Source: Mobula hypostoma (Eukaryota). From it: a stretch of 64,000 nucleotides of DNA. The notes under the pieces are model-generated. The model made no database searches, was not told the DNA's origin, and worked only from the letters and a program-made list of their open reading frames with translations. The position numbers were made by a program, and so were the translations under genes. Shown here one piece after another: positions 36,121-50,241 of this stretch (positions within the stretch are counted from its first letter, which is position 1; each line of letters starts with the position of its first letter). The stretch lies in contig NC_086101.1 of NCBI RefSeq assembly GCF_963921235.1, positions 16,120,001 through 16,184,000 on the forward strand, written 5' to 3'.

Positions 36121-38164
36121 ATTTTCATTTTGTCGTGTGGCGCAGAGATTCACTACCTTGTGGAATAGGAGTTCCTGCGCACACCGTTGTTAAATGACCT
36201 CCGCCTTACCTTGTGACTTTGCCCTCTCGTTAGGGACTCGCTAGCCAGAGGAAACACCTCAGCAACACGCCCCCTCCCCCCACCAACCCTGGCACAATCC
36301 GCAGCGACATGCGAACTGCAAAGTTCCGTTCCCGCTCTGCGGTTCCGTCGCCGTCAACATTTCCTCTATATTTTGTTCACAGTTGCGCGGACCAAACACT
36401 GTTCCGAGTAGGACTTTTTTTTTACACGGCCTGAAAACTGCGCCACGCTTTATATTAACGATATATAAAACAAAATCTGAGCTGTGCGGCAACAAAGGCT
36501 ACGTGCATGGGATCATTTCAGTTACTGCGCGGCCACACACCTGCGCAGTTCAGAAGGAGCAGTGGTCACCATCACATACTGAAGCTTCCTCTGTGTTTTG
36601 TGGTTCTTTGCCGACCCAGACGTTGCACTCTCTGACAGTGCTGGGTTCACAGAGTGCTATAAGTAAATGCAGTAGTTATATGTGCAAACGAAACCAGATG
36701 AAGGTTCTCGATGGGATACGTTGAATATCATTTTCGTTTCCCGAGTCCCACATACATGTACTGTATTGCTACTATAAACGCTTTGCACGTATTGGCAGAT
36801 CCACACGTACACGTGTGTGCAGGTGCAATGAAAAACTTACTTGCAGCAGCATCATGGGCCCATGGCATTATATAATCAGATTTCACAGGAAAAAAACGTA
36901 AACATAAATTACAATTTTTACAAGAAAGCACAATTGTAACATAAAAATCAAAGTCCATTTTTGTGTTCATAGTGTTGCCAGGCTACAGATTAGCAACTCT
37001 AACGAGAGGTTGAAGAGAGTAGCTTTATTTGTCACGTGCATCGAAACAGACAATAAAATGCGTCGAAGTCTTCGGCAAATTCAAATCATTCTGAAATTAC
37101 AGACATGTTTAATTTTGAAAAGCGAATCTGAGACAGCGGGAGCATTCATGCAGTAGAGGGGGAAGGGGGCGGAAGAGTAATCCAGGGACTAGGATGGAAT
37201 CCTGAAGAAGGGTCTCGGCTCAAAAACATCGATTTCCAGAGATGCTACCTGACTTGCTGAGCTCCTCCAGCACCCGATGTATGTGTCGTCTTGGTTGTGT
37301 GAGTGTGTGGAGGGAAGAGATCAGAGTCTCAAGTCCCAGGATTAAGGTGAAGGGAAGCAAAATTCCGTGATAAGGAGAAGGAAGGGTCAGTATCCCCGGA
37401 CTGGAGTTCCGTCACGTTACCATAGTAACATGGGTGTAATTGGGCGGTATGGGCTCATCGGACCGGAAGGACTTGTTACAGTGATGCTTCTCTAAATAAT
37501 AAAAATAAAAACTAATCCCATCTATTTGCACGTGGTCCATATTCCACCATTGCCTATCTGTTCATGTGCCTATCAAAAATACCTCTTAAATATGGTTATT
37601 CTATCACCACATTCCAGCTACCTAAAACAATCTGTAAAAAAGATAATAGGCTCTGTAAATCTCCTTTCAAAAACGCAAGGCATTGATAAGGCCACGTTTG
37701 AATTATTATGCATAGTTTGGGTTGCCCTGCTTTGGGAAGGATGTAATTAAACTGGAGATGTTGCAGGAAAGATTTACGAGGATATTACCAGGACTGGAGG
37801 GCTTGGGTTAGAAGGGGAGGGTGGACAGACCAGGACTGTCTTTCATGGAGTGAAGGAGGATGAGGGGTAACTTTAAAGACATTAATGGAATCATGAGGAC
37901 CATGTATAAGGTGAACAGTCACAGACTTTGTTCAGGATAGGGGAGTTCAAGACTAAAGGACACAGGTAAATGTGAGGTGAGAAAATGTTAAAGGGATCTC
38001 GGACCTGCAGGGCAAGTTTTCACGAAGACTGTTTCATTGTCATAGAGAAGTACAACACAGAAACAGATCCTTCAACCAACACACATAAAAGTTGCTGGTG
38101 AATGCAGCAGGCCAGGCAGCATCTCTGGGAAGAGGTACAGTCGACGTTTCGGGCCGAGATTCTT

Positions 38165-41100
38165 CAGTCCATCTAGTCTATGCCAAACCTACCTACTCCC
38201 CTTGAACTGCACTGGGACTATAGCCCTCCATATCCCTAATATCCATGCACCTATCCAAACTTCTCCTAAACATTGAAATCATTCATATGCACCATTTGTG
38301 CTGACAGCTCATTCCACACTCTCGAGACCCTCTGAGTTAAGAAATTTCCCCCCATGTTCCCCTTAAACTTCTCACCGTTCACTCTTAATCCGTGACTTCT
38401 GCTTGTAGTATCATCCAATCTCAGTGGAAAAAGCCTGCTTGCATTTATCCTATCTATATCCATCATAATTTTGTATAACTTCATCAAATCTCACAATCTT
38501 CAATGTTCTAAAGTATACAGTCCTAATCTATTCAATCTTTCCATATAACTCCCAGATCCTTGCAAGTTTTCCCTGTACTCTTTCAAACTTGTTTACATCT
38601 GTCCTGTAGGTAGGTGACCAAAACTGCACACAATACTCCAAATTAGGCCTCAGCAACGTCTGCAACAACTTCAACATAATATCCCATCTCCTGTACCTAA
38701 TACGTTGATTTATGAAGGCCAATATGACAAAAACTTGCTTAACTACCCTATTTACCTGTGTCACTACTTTCAACAAATTATGTACCTGCATTCCCAAATC
38801 TCTTTGCTCTACCATACTCCTCAGTGCCCTACCGTTCAATGTGTAAGGACTACTCTGGATGGTCCGACTGAAGTGCAAAACCTTGCAGTTGTCTGCATTA
38901 AATTCCATCTGCCTTTTATCCTGACAGGCTCATACAAGCTTTGACCTTTCAAAATTTCGTTTTGGAAGGCTTTCCACTTTCCAATTACATCTTCACCAGA
39001 AAACAACCAGTCCCAATCCACAAACTTGGCCTTTCTCCAATTTGGAATCTCAACCCGTGGACCAAACTTATCTTTTAAGATATTCACTTTGAAACTACTG
39101 GTATTGTGGTCATTGGATGCAAAGTGTTCCCAGACACAAACTTTCACCTGCCCCATCTCATTCCCTTTTAGCAGATCCAATATTGCACGGTCTGCTTGGG
39201 ACTTCTATGTACTGATGAAAGAAACTTTCCTGAACACATTTGATAAACTCTATCCCATCTAGTTCTTTTACAGTGTGGGATTCCCAGTCAATATGTGGAA
39301 GGTTAAAATTACCTACTATAACAAAGTTATTTTTCTTGCAACCGTTTGCAATCTCAACAAATTTGTTCCTCTAAATCCTGCGGACTGTTGGGTGACCTGT
39401 AATATAGTCCCATTAAACAGGACATATCCTTCTTATGTCTCAGTTCCACCCATAATACCTGACTCGTCAAGTTCTCCAGTCTGCCCTGACAGAGCACTGC
39501 CATGATATTTTCCCTGACTGGTAACAGCACCCCTCCTCCTCTAATCCCTCCCACTCTGTCACTTCTAAAACAACAAAACCCTGGAATATTGAGCTGCCAG
39601 CCCTGACCCTCCTGCAACCAAGTCTCACAAATGGCTACAAATGTCATAGTTCCAGGTATTGATCCATTCCGTGAGCTGATCCGCACTTCCTATGATACTT
39701 CTTACACTGAAGTATACGCAACCCAGGACACTAGTCACACTGTGCTCAACTTTTGATTCCTGACCTTATCTGACATCTTTCCAACTTCTGCCTCCACAAC
39801 CTCTCAACTAACTGTTATAGCACTGGGGTTCCATTCCCCTGCAACTCTAGTTTAAACCCCACCTTGCAGCATCAACAAACCTTCCCACTAGGATATTAGT
39901 CCCACACCAGTTCAGGTGCAAACCGTTTCTTCTGTACTGGTCCCACCTTCCCTGAAAGAGAGCCCAATGATCCAAAAATCTAATGCGCTCCCTCCTACAC
40001 CAACTCCTTAGCCATGCGTTAAACATACCTGTTGTTGAGGGGGATGGCCACAGGGGTACTCTGCGCCGGCTCCTTAACCCCTTCCCATCACCCATTTTCA
40101 TGTGTCCTGAACTTTGGGTGGAACTACCCCTCTAAAGGTCTTATCAATCACCCCTCCCCACAGTCTTCCGAATGATGTGAAGTTCATCCGGTTTGTGAGG
40201 GGATCCTGGAGTACCCCTATTGACTGTGCTTTTTGAGTGAGTGAGAGTGAGAGAGGAGACACACATGAAGATTAACGGTTGGACTGTCACTTTAAGGCAT
40301 TGGAAGTAACTTTGGATTTCTACTGAGTTGGGTTTGGAGACAACGCTGAGCAGCTCAAAGGTTGCTATGGTGACTGAAGGCAGATTGTTGATGTTACTTT
40401 CAAGGACTTGTTGCCTGCTTGTGCATTTCTTCACAGACAAAGGAGGGAGGGACTCTTTGAATGACAGGTGATGCTCAGCACAGAGAATTAAATAGGAGGT
40501 CAGATGATACAGACCTGAGACACATGATCTGGACACTGAATGAGCATTGTTGTGCCCCGCAGAGAAAGTGGGGTTTTGGAGGATCGATCAGGCGGATCGA
40601 TCCAAATTGCTATTACAGTGAAGGAGAAGGGGTTGACTGGTGGGGAGTTGTCTATGTGTCCAGCCTTGCCGGGGTGATAGCTCCACCACAGGAAAACCGG
40701 TCCCCCTGGTTAAAGTCACAGTCGGTGACTTATGAAGGATTTCGGAGGACGACGAGGAAATCGACAGCAGCTCACCTGAAGACTCAACTCTCTCTTTCTC
40801 TCTCTCTCCCCATCACTACTCAACTAAATACCACGAACTGAACTGAACTTCTACTCATCATCGTAAGACTGTATCTTTTTACCCCTAGACTTAAAGAAGC
40901 TTGGTTTTCATACATATATTTCCACACTTACTGATTTAGGTACATATATATATATATATATAAATCATTGCTAACCTGTGTGATTTATTTACTTTTATAT
41001 TACTGTATTGCGTAGTTACTAATAAATATTATTAGTTTATAGCAATACTGGACTCCAAAGTGATTTCTATTTCTGTTGGTTTCTTTATCCCCGTCACGGG

Positions 41101-41580
41101 GTACGTGACAGGTTCCAGCATCAACTGCTTAACGCGGATTGATAGAAAGCTGCATCTGGATGCAGCTCGCAGTTGGAGTCGTCAGGGACATTGGGGGTCT
41201 CCCTGCTTCCCCACATCCCGGAAGAGGAGCATTCAACTATTCTGCCTGGCATCTCTACTGTCCTAACAGCAGATATAAAAAAAGGGGGGAAACTTGAGCT
41301 TTTCTTTCCTTTGCTTTCTCCGACTGAAGCTTCGAAGAACTAAAGCCTCAAGATCACCATTCTGACTCTGTTCACTCGAAGAATGGCTGTTGCGCTTGGC
41401 CCCGCCTTCCTTAAATTTGCTCTTGCGAATCAATCCCAAACGCTGGTTTGTCGCTGGTCAAAGCTAAATTACGCTGCCCCTATTCACTGCTAACTTTTTC
41501 TACTCGGACAATGGACCTGAGTGAAATACACCCTCAAATTTCCGATATCTGGATTGGTCGCTGGTCAAAGCCTAAATTGG
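38165..41580 (-). mobile_element. Degenerate, internally deleted CR1 (5' UTR, ORF1, endonuclease, 3' end), interrupted by a solo LTR
   Basis: ORF1 end GLHLN..RWGLN*, ICETWL, RPNLEYCVQFW; ORF1 sequence continues on both sides of 40194-41110. Confidence 0.8.
40194..41110 (+). mobile_element. Solo LTR (Gypsy-like from the 4-bp TSD)
   Basis: TGT...ACA termini, GGTT TSD (40190-93 and 41111-14), internal AATAAA at about 41020, no coding sequence; 917 bp. Confidence 0.8.
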
Positions 41581-42074
41581 TAGTGGGTATATTGGGGGGA
41601 AAACTGCCCAAGGATGCGGAGGTGAACGCAATTACATTTAAATGACATTTGGACAAGTACATTGGCAGGAAATGTTTTGAGGGATATGGGTCAAATTGGA
41701 CTAGCTCAGTTTCGCAACTTGGTCACAATGGACAAGATGGACGGAAAGGCCGTTTCCGTGCCGTTTGGCTATGACTCTAAACTTTCACCACTCCAACTTT
41801 AAAGCTAACCCAATTAACCTATCACCTTCAAGCTTGTAATCCCCACCACGTTTTTATTCTGGTTTCTGCCCCATTATCCTCTGGTACTTATGAAGGTCTC
41901 GACCCAAAACAACGACTGTCCATTTCCGTCCCTGGATGCTTCCTTGACGCGCTGAATTCCTCCAGGCATCCTCGCCAGAAGAGAACCTCGGTGCTCACTT
42001 TAACTCTGGCCTTAATATTACCGGGAGTCCCCGGCCACATGAGGCGCTCACATCTCTCCCACTCTTCGGCCCCG

Positions 42075-42240
42075 GGAGGCACTGAGAGAGACAGCTGTAA
42101 AAGCAGCTGCTGCCTCAGGGTCCCAACGACCCGGGTTCAATCTTAACCTTCGGCGCGGGGTTCTCACACACTCCCTACGAATGTGCAGGTTTTCCGGGTG
42201 TCCCGATTTCCTCCGGATTTGTTACCAATTCAGACGCGAG
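42075..42240 (+). mobile_element. tRNA-derived SINE
   Basis: ...gacccgggttcaatc... B-box-like motif and the tttccgggtg..tttcctcc body. Confidence 0.55.
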
Positions 42241-42285
42241 ACTCCAGCAGAAGCAGAACGCACGCATTAAACACTCAAATGACAC

Positions 42286-42291
42286 TTTATT
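42286..42291 (-). terminator. Candidate DDR1 polyadenylation signal (AATAAA)
   Basis: AATAAA in AU-rich unique sequence followed by a GU/U-rich stretch; other AATAAA motifs exist within repeats nearer the stop. Confidence 0.3.
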
Positions 42292-42508
42292 ACAAACATC
42301 TACAGCAATGCAAGCAAGAACAAGGTCTACCGAGAAGCGTTAAAGTGATTTCATATATATTAGTGTAAAAATCTCTTTGTAAAATATTTACACACAGCCC
42401 CCACAGAATTCAGGACAACTTGATTCCACCATGACACAAAAGGATTAGAAAAAAAAATACCCATTAATATTTCACCGTATACATCAATAAATTTATACTA
42501 CACATATA

Positions 42509-43034
42509 CACCCAGTGGCCACTTTATTAGGTACAGCAGTGGGGCCCAGTGTAGCCAATACACTTCAAGTTTCGACGTGTTGTGCGTATAGAGATGTTCT
42601 TCTGCACACCACTGTTGCAACACATGGTCATTTGAGTTACTGTCCCCTTTCTGTCAGCTTGAACCAGTCAGACCATTCTCCTCTGATCTCTCTCATTGAC
42701 AAGGTGTTTCCATCCTTAGAAAAAACACTCACTGGATGTATTTTTTGTTTTTCGCACCATTCTCTGTAAACCCCAGAGACGGTGTGCTTACAATTTCCAA
42801 GAGATCAGCAATTTCTGAGACACTCAAATCACTCAGCCTGGCATCAACAATCATTCCATGGTCAAAGTCACTTAGATCACATTTCCTCCCTATTCTGATG
42901 TTTGATCTGAACAACTGAACCTCTTGACCACGTCTGCAAGCTTTCATGTGTTGAGTTGCTGCCACATGATTGGCTGATTAGATATTTGCATTAATGAGGT
43001 GTACGAGCATGCCCAGTAAAGCGGCCACTGAGTG
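42509..43034 (-). mobile_element. Non-autonomous Tc1-like transposon
   Basis: TIRs CAC(C/T)CAGTGGCC..; HTH remnant RKCDLSDFDHGMIVDAR; same family as 50862-51419. Confidence 0.85.
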
Positions 43035-45942
43035 CAATTCCTCCTCACCTACAATCTTAAACATCCACAGTACCTGTGATACATTGAATGGTTCAAGAAC
43101 AAATGACCACCCTATTCCTGGATTTGAAGGCAGGATGTTCAAAGTACCCACCTGAGCAGTAGTTGGACTGGTAGGAAACTATACACTTCTCCAAAGGAAG
43201 AGTTCAAACATTAAACGACGAGATGACAGCACCATATCTACGCGAGATTCGTGGTGAACAGTGTACGCAAGATAAAACGAATATTGCCAGCTTCAACACT
43301 TTAGAATAATACCTGATGGTGATTCTATACTAACACACCCATACACAGGCAAACTAATCAGGTGACATGAGAGACTGCAGATGCTGGAATCTGGAGCAAC
43401 ATACAGAGCAGCATCTGTGGGAGGAAAGAAACAGTGGACATTTTGGGTTTGCAGGACTGAAACTAAAACCAGACCGGAATCCGAAACAGAACAGTGGTGT
43501 CTAGGAACTCGGCCTGTCCCATGCGTCAGAGTCTCACAGAGTCTCTGGTTTGCATTGAGAATTTCTGATCCAAAACATTAACTACGCACTCTTTCCACAC
43601 GTGCTGCTTGACTGGCTGAGAAAGATCTGCCGACATTTTCTGCCTTTGGTTTGTAACTCATCTGACTAGATTGGTACAGTTTATATGCTCGGACATTTTT
43701 GCAGTTTAATGCTTTATAGGGTAGCGGTGGTGAAGCTCAGACCCCCCAGCCTTTTAATGTGATGGAGACTGGTCCATGTCCCAAGCCCTAAGCCCTTTCA
43801 CCCTCCTGCTCTGCCAGCCCCCATCTACCCAGGGCAGAACCCATTAGTGGAATTAGAACGTGCCCAGATTGAAGCCCCACATTTCAACCTTCAGTTCAAG
43901 AGAGTCCTGAAGGTCCTCACCCCAAACGTCCACTGTTTATTCCTCTCCATAGATTATGCCTGACCTGCTGAGTTCATCCAACGCTGCATGTGTGCACATG
44001 CGTGTTACTCTGGATTTCCAGCAAGCAGAATCTCATGTTCATTCTGAGAGTTCCTGGACTGGGTTTCCAGTAAGGTTCTCTCCTCTTTCCTCAAACTTCC
44101 ATCAGCAGGAATATCTTTCATTGGCTCTTTAACATCCACACTCCCCCACCCCACCCAAAAACACTCCTTCAATCAAGTCATCTCCAGACCCTGTATATTT
44201 CAGAGTATTACAAGCCAGCTTGTGGGATTTCTGTACTGTGGGGTGGGTGAGATGAATGAGGGGTGCGAGGGGTGGGTCCGGTCAGTTGCCTATTGTGGTT
44301 ACAATACTCACTCACGGAGGCAGAGATGGGATTTAAACTACATTTACTTGATATCAATGAAGCGTCATACTGACTACCTGCATGTATTGGTGGGCTTTCA
44401 TAGCAAAGTTCTATTCATGGCTCCAGACCCACTGCAATGACCAGAGAAGGCCATTCAGCCCCTCAAGCCCATTATAGCTTTCATTGTGACTAAGAGTGAT
44501 CTCCATCCTAACCAGGTGACTTGCTACAGGGACCAATGGGTGTTGGGTCAGTTAGGAATGGGCAATGAATGCTGCCGGGCGCCGGCGCTACATTTGTGAT
44601 GGGGGTGGGGGGGGGATGAGGAAGGTGGCAGAGGTGGAGGGTGGGTGGAAGGTAGTTTATGAATTGCATAGAAGGTTGCTGATTGATGCACTTCTCTGCA
44701 CTCCCAATGATGACCAGCATCATTCACGTCAAGAAAAATGGGAATCAAAAGCATTTGCCTACCCTATCTCACTTTACATCACATACTCTGCCCCCACACC
44801 CGCCCCCCCCCCCCCGGATTCTAATGTCAGGACCAGACTGGATACTATACGGGGAATGAAAGAGTGGAACCAGACATGACTGTGTCTCTATGCACTCTCT
44901 GTCCCATCTCAATGTTGCATGGGGTGAACTAGGCTAACTCACCGGAATTGTGGACTGCTCCTTAGGGCCCAAGTCTAGCCAGAATCTGATGTTTTCCTCC
45001 CCCCCTGCCAGGTTTCAACAAACAGCCCCCCCAAAGTTGGGTTAAAGCCAACTCCGTGAATCAAATCTTTCACCGGGTTGAATAATGGCCTGTGAAATCC
45101 ATTGACTGGGAGGGGATTGTTGGACTTGTTTGTCACCCCACTGGCTGAGCAGTGTGGGAGAAAGGCAATGGTTTGATGAATAACTTGAGGTCATGGTGCA
45201 CCTGAAGTATTGGGGAGCAATGCCAAATGTCCTAGTAAAGCTCTCAGACTCTCAGCTTCTGGTCCATTGAGTAGTCAGATGCACATTCAGTAGTTAAGAC
45301 ACGTTGGATGACTCCAAACCCCTGATTTTGTCTCTATCCTGGAGGGTTCCTCCGACTGAAGGCAGAATCCTCACGTTGACACAGCCCATTAGTCTTCAAC
45401 CCGAATCTGTCCCGTTCATCGGACATACATTCCTTCCCTTTGGAAGCCAAGTAGAACCAGAAAAGGAGCTTCCCCAATTCACGTCATGCTAAGTCAGGAT
45501 GTAGAATGAGTAAAATCATTGCCCAAGGTCAGCCTTGTCAGTGAATTCCAGAGAATCGCCTGAGAGACTTGTTGTCAAATCAACTAAAAATGTCTGTGTG
45601 ATTAGTTAGGATTAATGTAGAAATTCAAGCATCGCTGATCCCACCACTGAGACAGACAGAGTGACAGAGAAATGACACCCCAACTTTAGTGCGGGGGTGG
45701 GGGAGGGTGCTGGCTGATCAAGTCAGTTTGCAGTAGTCCAGTGTTGACCCAGGCAGTGAAGTCCATGCTGCAGGAATTCTGTGACCCGTCGAGAATGCAT
45801 TTGCATTTTGGGTGGATCAGTGGCTGTAGTTCTGCTGATACCAGGATTGCACTCACTCCACCTCGATGAAGCTGGAGTGTTCAGTTAATTTTGTATTTGT
45901 GATTGGAGTAAACATTTAACAGCAACTCTCTCACACTCCGAA

Positions 45943-46197
45943 ATGCGCACACACACACAAACTCACATGTTCACACATTCGCAGATATACATATGTGGAC
46001 ATACACACATGCGCAAACCTTATATACACATGTACACATTCAGATACACATACTGTATGTCACACACACACACAATATATACATGTTCACATATTTACAC
46101 ATATGCATACGTCAACACGTGCACACACACTTACAGATACGTGGTGTGTATATGTGTATGTGTGTGTATATATTAGAGATACACACATATGTGTGTG

Positions 46198-46232
<35 letters not shown>

Positions 46233-46480
46233 CCATTCATACATGTGTGCACATTTACAGGTACACATGTATACACATGCACACATTTACAGATGTACTT
46301 GGGTAGACACACACAAATACACAGTTACACACATGCACACTTTCTTGCTGGCTCACCAGTGAGCAAACTCACATAGATGTGCTCGAGTACATTCTTGACA
46401 TTCTGACAAAACCACATGAACCACAATATATGTGCACACTCATCAGATCGTCAGAATGTACGCATGCTAACAAAGAGGCA
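45943..46480. repeat. Compound CA/TA low-complexity repeat
   Basis: About 500 bp of interspersed (CA)n, (TA)n and (TG)n. Confidence 0.9.
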
Positions 46481-47301
46481 AGTTCCTGTTGGGCTCCTCC
46501 AGAAACTTGATATTTTGGAACACATCCACGCACACTCGCTCTCTCTCAAAGAGGCAAGCAAATAGACTTGTATACACTTAATGACACCTACATGCCTTCA
46601 CAAAGAGACAGACACACACACACATCCCAATCACTCTTCCTCTTGCTCCAGTGGGTTAAGCCTTAGTAGTCAAACGAGCATTCTGTATCACAGTAGTATG
46701 TTCTGGCCAAGACCACAGAGGTGGTGAGACGATGCGCAAAATGTCGCTCCCCACTGGCAGCAGGGAGCTGAGATGGAGCACCGTGAGCTACAAGGAGAGA
46801 TGTCACAGAGACCTTTTGACCCACAGTAAAGTTCCAAATTCCAGTGTTTTTCCCAAAAAATTAAAAAAATCCAAAAGGCTCGCAGTTCTCAGTCCTTCAA
46901 CAGGCTTTTCCCATGCAATTCATGGGGAGGAGGGAGGGTGGAAGGCTGGGGTGGGGGTGGGGGCAGAATCTGACTCCCGGGTTCCACCTGAACATTCAGT
47001 GTGTGGTCCTGAGACAGCGGTGGGGATTGGAACTTGTTGTGAAGCCCGTGCGCCACCACCCTTCCACGGAGCAAGGTGTGCCAGAGAGCCCAAGTGCAGA
47101 AAGATTGGTTGGCAATCAAGTTCTGTTCAAGTGACTACTGCAAGACGAAAGGAAAGTAAACCTACGAATACCAGAGGTTCCAACCCCAGGCCCTAAGGCG
47201 AAGCTCCTACAGCGGCAGCAGCTCACGAAAGACCCTCCTCAATGCGATGGCCTTCGGTCTCGGAGATGGCATCAGCCGGATTCACCCGGCCCAAGTCCTG
47301 T

Positions 47302-47442
47302 CTACACCATGTTCATGGCATCCTCTGTGAGGAACTGATGGATCTGCTGGAAGGTTGGCCGGTCCTTGGCATCCCTCCTCCAGCAGCTCACCATGACGTT
47401 GTAGAGGGCTTGCGGGCAGATGGCTGGGCGGGGGAGGTAGAC
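47302..47442 (-). CDS. DDR1: DDR1 last coding exon ([10 protein letters not shown]...[10 protein letters not shown])
   Basis: cag|GTC, phase 0, 46 aa plus TAG; the C-terminus matches DDR1 (human FLAEDALNTV). Confidence 0.96.
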   Translation of the reverse strand, partial: VYLPRPAICPQALYNVMVSCWRRDAKDRPTFQQIHQFLTEDAMNMV

Positions 47443-47751
47443 CTGGGGGAGCAAGAGTCAGAAAATGGGAATCATAATCATAACGTACGACAGCACAGAA
47501 ACACATGACTTATAGAAGTGCATATGAAGATAAGAGGTGGAGATAAAGCACTTTTTTCCCCCCGGGGGTGGAAATGGCTAATTTGAGAAGACATAATTTT
47601 AAGGTATTGGGGGTGACGTCAGAGGTAGATTAGGGGTATGTAAGAGACTCTCAGGTAGATGCATGGATGATAGAGAAATGGAGGAAAATGCAGGAGAGAT
47701 GGGTTAGATTGAAATATAGGCCCTTCAGCCCAGAACCTCCCCAAGCATTAC

Positions 47752-47901
47752 CTGCTTGCCCTGCTCCCTGAAGAACTCGCCTGCGTTCTCAATGACCAGC
47801 TCATCTGTGAGGTGGTAGTAGGGTTGCTCCTTGCAGAGCACCAGGATCTCCCACAAGGTCACGCCGAAGGCCCAGACGTCGCTACTGGTGGTGAACTTGC
47901 C
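47752..47901 (-). CDS. DDR1: DDR1 kinase exon ([18 protein letters not shown]...EQGKQ)
   Basis: cag|GGC ... CAG|GTAATG, 150 nt, phase 0-0. Confidence 0.96.
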
Positions 47902-48609
47902 CTGCAGGGAAAGGAGGAGATCAGAAGGTCAGAGAAATGATGAGCTGCTCTGCCGTTAGCACGAGGATTAGATGGAGTGTGTGCTAAGAGCTGGCACAGA
48001 GGCTGTGGGATCACTCGAAATCCCTCCCATCCCCAGCTGTGTCACATAAAGCAGTCCCACCCACTGCCTGGCTCACAAGTGACATTATTGTTTTTCCCAA
48101 AAGAGTTATAGAGTACTACAACACAGAAACATTGTGTTTCTCTACTAAGGGAACGCTGGTGCTTTGAATTTTATAAATGACTTGGATGAGGAAGTGGAAG
48201 GGTGGGTTTGTAAGTTTACAGATGACACAAATGTTGGTGATGTTGTGGATTGTTTTAGAAGGTTGTTCATAGGCCACAATGGGACAGTGATAGGATGCAG
48301 AGCTGGGAGGGAAGGGTAAGATTGATCTTGGATTGATTAAAAGGTTGGCACAACATTATGGGCTGTACTGTACACTTCTGAGTCCTCTGTTCTAGAAGGT
48401 GTAAGTACAAGTAACACACATGGGTGTTGTTTCAGTAGGACATAAAATGGGAACTGCCGAGTAGCCACAGATAGGTCCCCTTGTTCTTGATGCCCCTTGT
48501 AATGGGATTCCCTTGCGGGGGTGGGGGGGGGGTGGGTGGCAGGGGTCCCTAATGTCACTGAGCCAGATTCTGCGTTCATCGTCCAACCTGCCAGCCCATG
48601 GTCACTCAC

Positions 48610-48844
48610 CAGCAGAATGCTTTCCCAGGCCATCCAGCGAATGGGGAGCACGGCCCGCCCCTGGATCCGGTAGTAGTCGCCCGCGTACAGGTTTCGGCTC
48701 ATCCCGAAGTCAGCGATCTTGATGGTGTAGTTCTCGCCAACCAGGCAGTTCCGCGTGGCGAGATCTCGGTGAACGAAGTTCATTGAAGCCAGGTACTTCA
48801 TGCCTGAAGCGATCTGGCTGGCCATGTGCACGAGACTTGGATAA
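48610..48844 (-). CDS. DDR1: DDR1 kinase exon ([17 protein letters not shown])
   Basis: cag|T TAT ... CTG|GTGAGT, 235 nt, phase 2-0. Confidence 0.97.
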
Positions 48845-50043
48845 CTGGTTTGGTGGGAGGGGGGAGCGGGGAGCGAGGAGAGGGAGAGAGGGGAGAGCGG
48901 ATGTTATTTCCTGTAGAAATGAAGAGAACTGAGGGGCGCACAGGTTTTGGAGTGTGCATGGATTCCAGCACAATTATCAAGAGATTTATCTTAAGGAAGG
49001 ATGTAGAAGGGAAGGGCTAGATTGATCCTAGAGTATAACGTTGGCACAACATTGTGGGCTTAAGGGCTTGTACTGTGCTGCAGTGTTCTATGTTCTCCAA
49101 GTTGCCCCTCTTGGTTAATGCACAGAGTCCTGCCCATCAATAAAAAAATTAAAACACCCTGGCTAAATCATGGGGTCGGTACCATCTTCCCTCATTCAAT
49201 GCTAAGGGATGCAGCGGTTTCCTTGGTCAACATGGGGTTCATTCCAGGTTAACAGTGGGTAATGTGGGACTGTGCTGGGTCAGTAATGGAGCTCTCTGTT
49301 TGGTCAACATTGGGGGAGCAGTTTGGGATCAATTTCAGAAGTCTCCCCGAGCTAATAACAGACTTGGAGACACAAGAAATTCTGCAAATATTGAAAATCC
49401 TGAGCAGCCGCCGGAAAATGCAGGTCAGACAGCACACATGGAGGCAAATAAACTGTCGATGTTCCGGGCTGAGAACCTTTATCAGGACTGGAATGGAAAG
49501 GGGCAAAGGTCAGAACAAGGTAATGTGGGGAGTGGGAGAAGTACAAGCTGGCAGGTGAGGGTGAAAGTTGGTGGGAGGGGAGGTGGGGGGGGAATGACAC
49601 AAGAAGCTGGAAGGTGATAGGTGAAAGAGGCAAAGGGGAGAAGGAGGAGGAATTTGATAAGAGAGGATAGTGGACCATGGAATAGAGAGAAGGAGGTGGC
49701 GATCCAGAGGGAAGTATTGGGCAGGTTATAAGGGTAGGGAAGAGGAGATGGGATTTATAAGGGTTCCCATTGGCTCAATAATAATGTATAGGGGTCTCTG
49801 TTGGGTCAGTAATGGGAGTCCTCTTTAGATCAATACTGGAAATCTCCTTAGATTAAAAAATGGCTACCAGAGTCATCTTTAGGTCAGAGGTCTCAGTCAG
49901 GGCAGTTTACAGGGGTCAGAAATGATCTACAGATGGATCTCCTTTGTCAACCATATTGGATTTCCTTAAATAAAGGGGCGCTTGCCAAGTCAGCACTGGT
50001 ACAGTGGGTCTTCTCTGGGTCAGAATGGGGTTCAGCTGCTAAC

Positions 50044-50241
50044 CTGATGCTCGGAACGTTGGTGGCCATTGCGAACTTGTCTCCCAGCTCGTGCTGGCTG
50101 AGGAACTGGTTGAGATCCCCATTCTCCATGTACTCGGTGATCATGCAGAGCGGGTCGTCCCTCACGCACACGCCCAGCAGCCGGATGATGTTGGGGTCTT
50201 TCAGCCGCGACATGATCTTCACTTCCTTCAAGAAATCATTC
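50044..50241 (-). CDS. DDR1: DDR1 kinase exon ([19 protein letters not shown]...)
   Basis: cag|G AAT ... AG|GTTAG, 198 nt, phase 2-2. Confidence 0.96.

Noticed and set aside
45943-46376. His/Thr/Cys-rich ORFs
   Set aside because: Translation artefacts of CA/TA microsatellites; the same applies to ORFs at 31127-32091.
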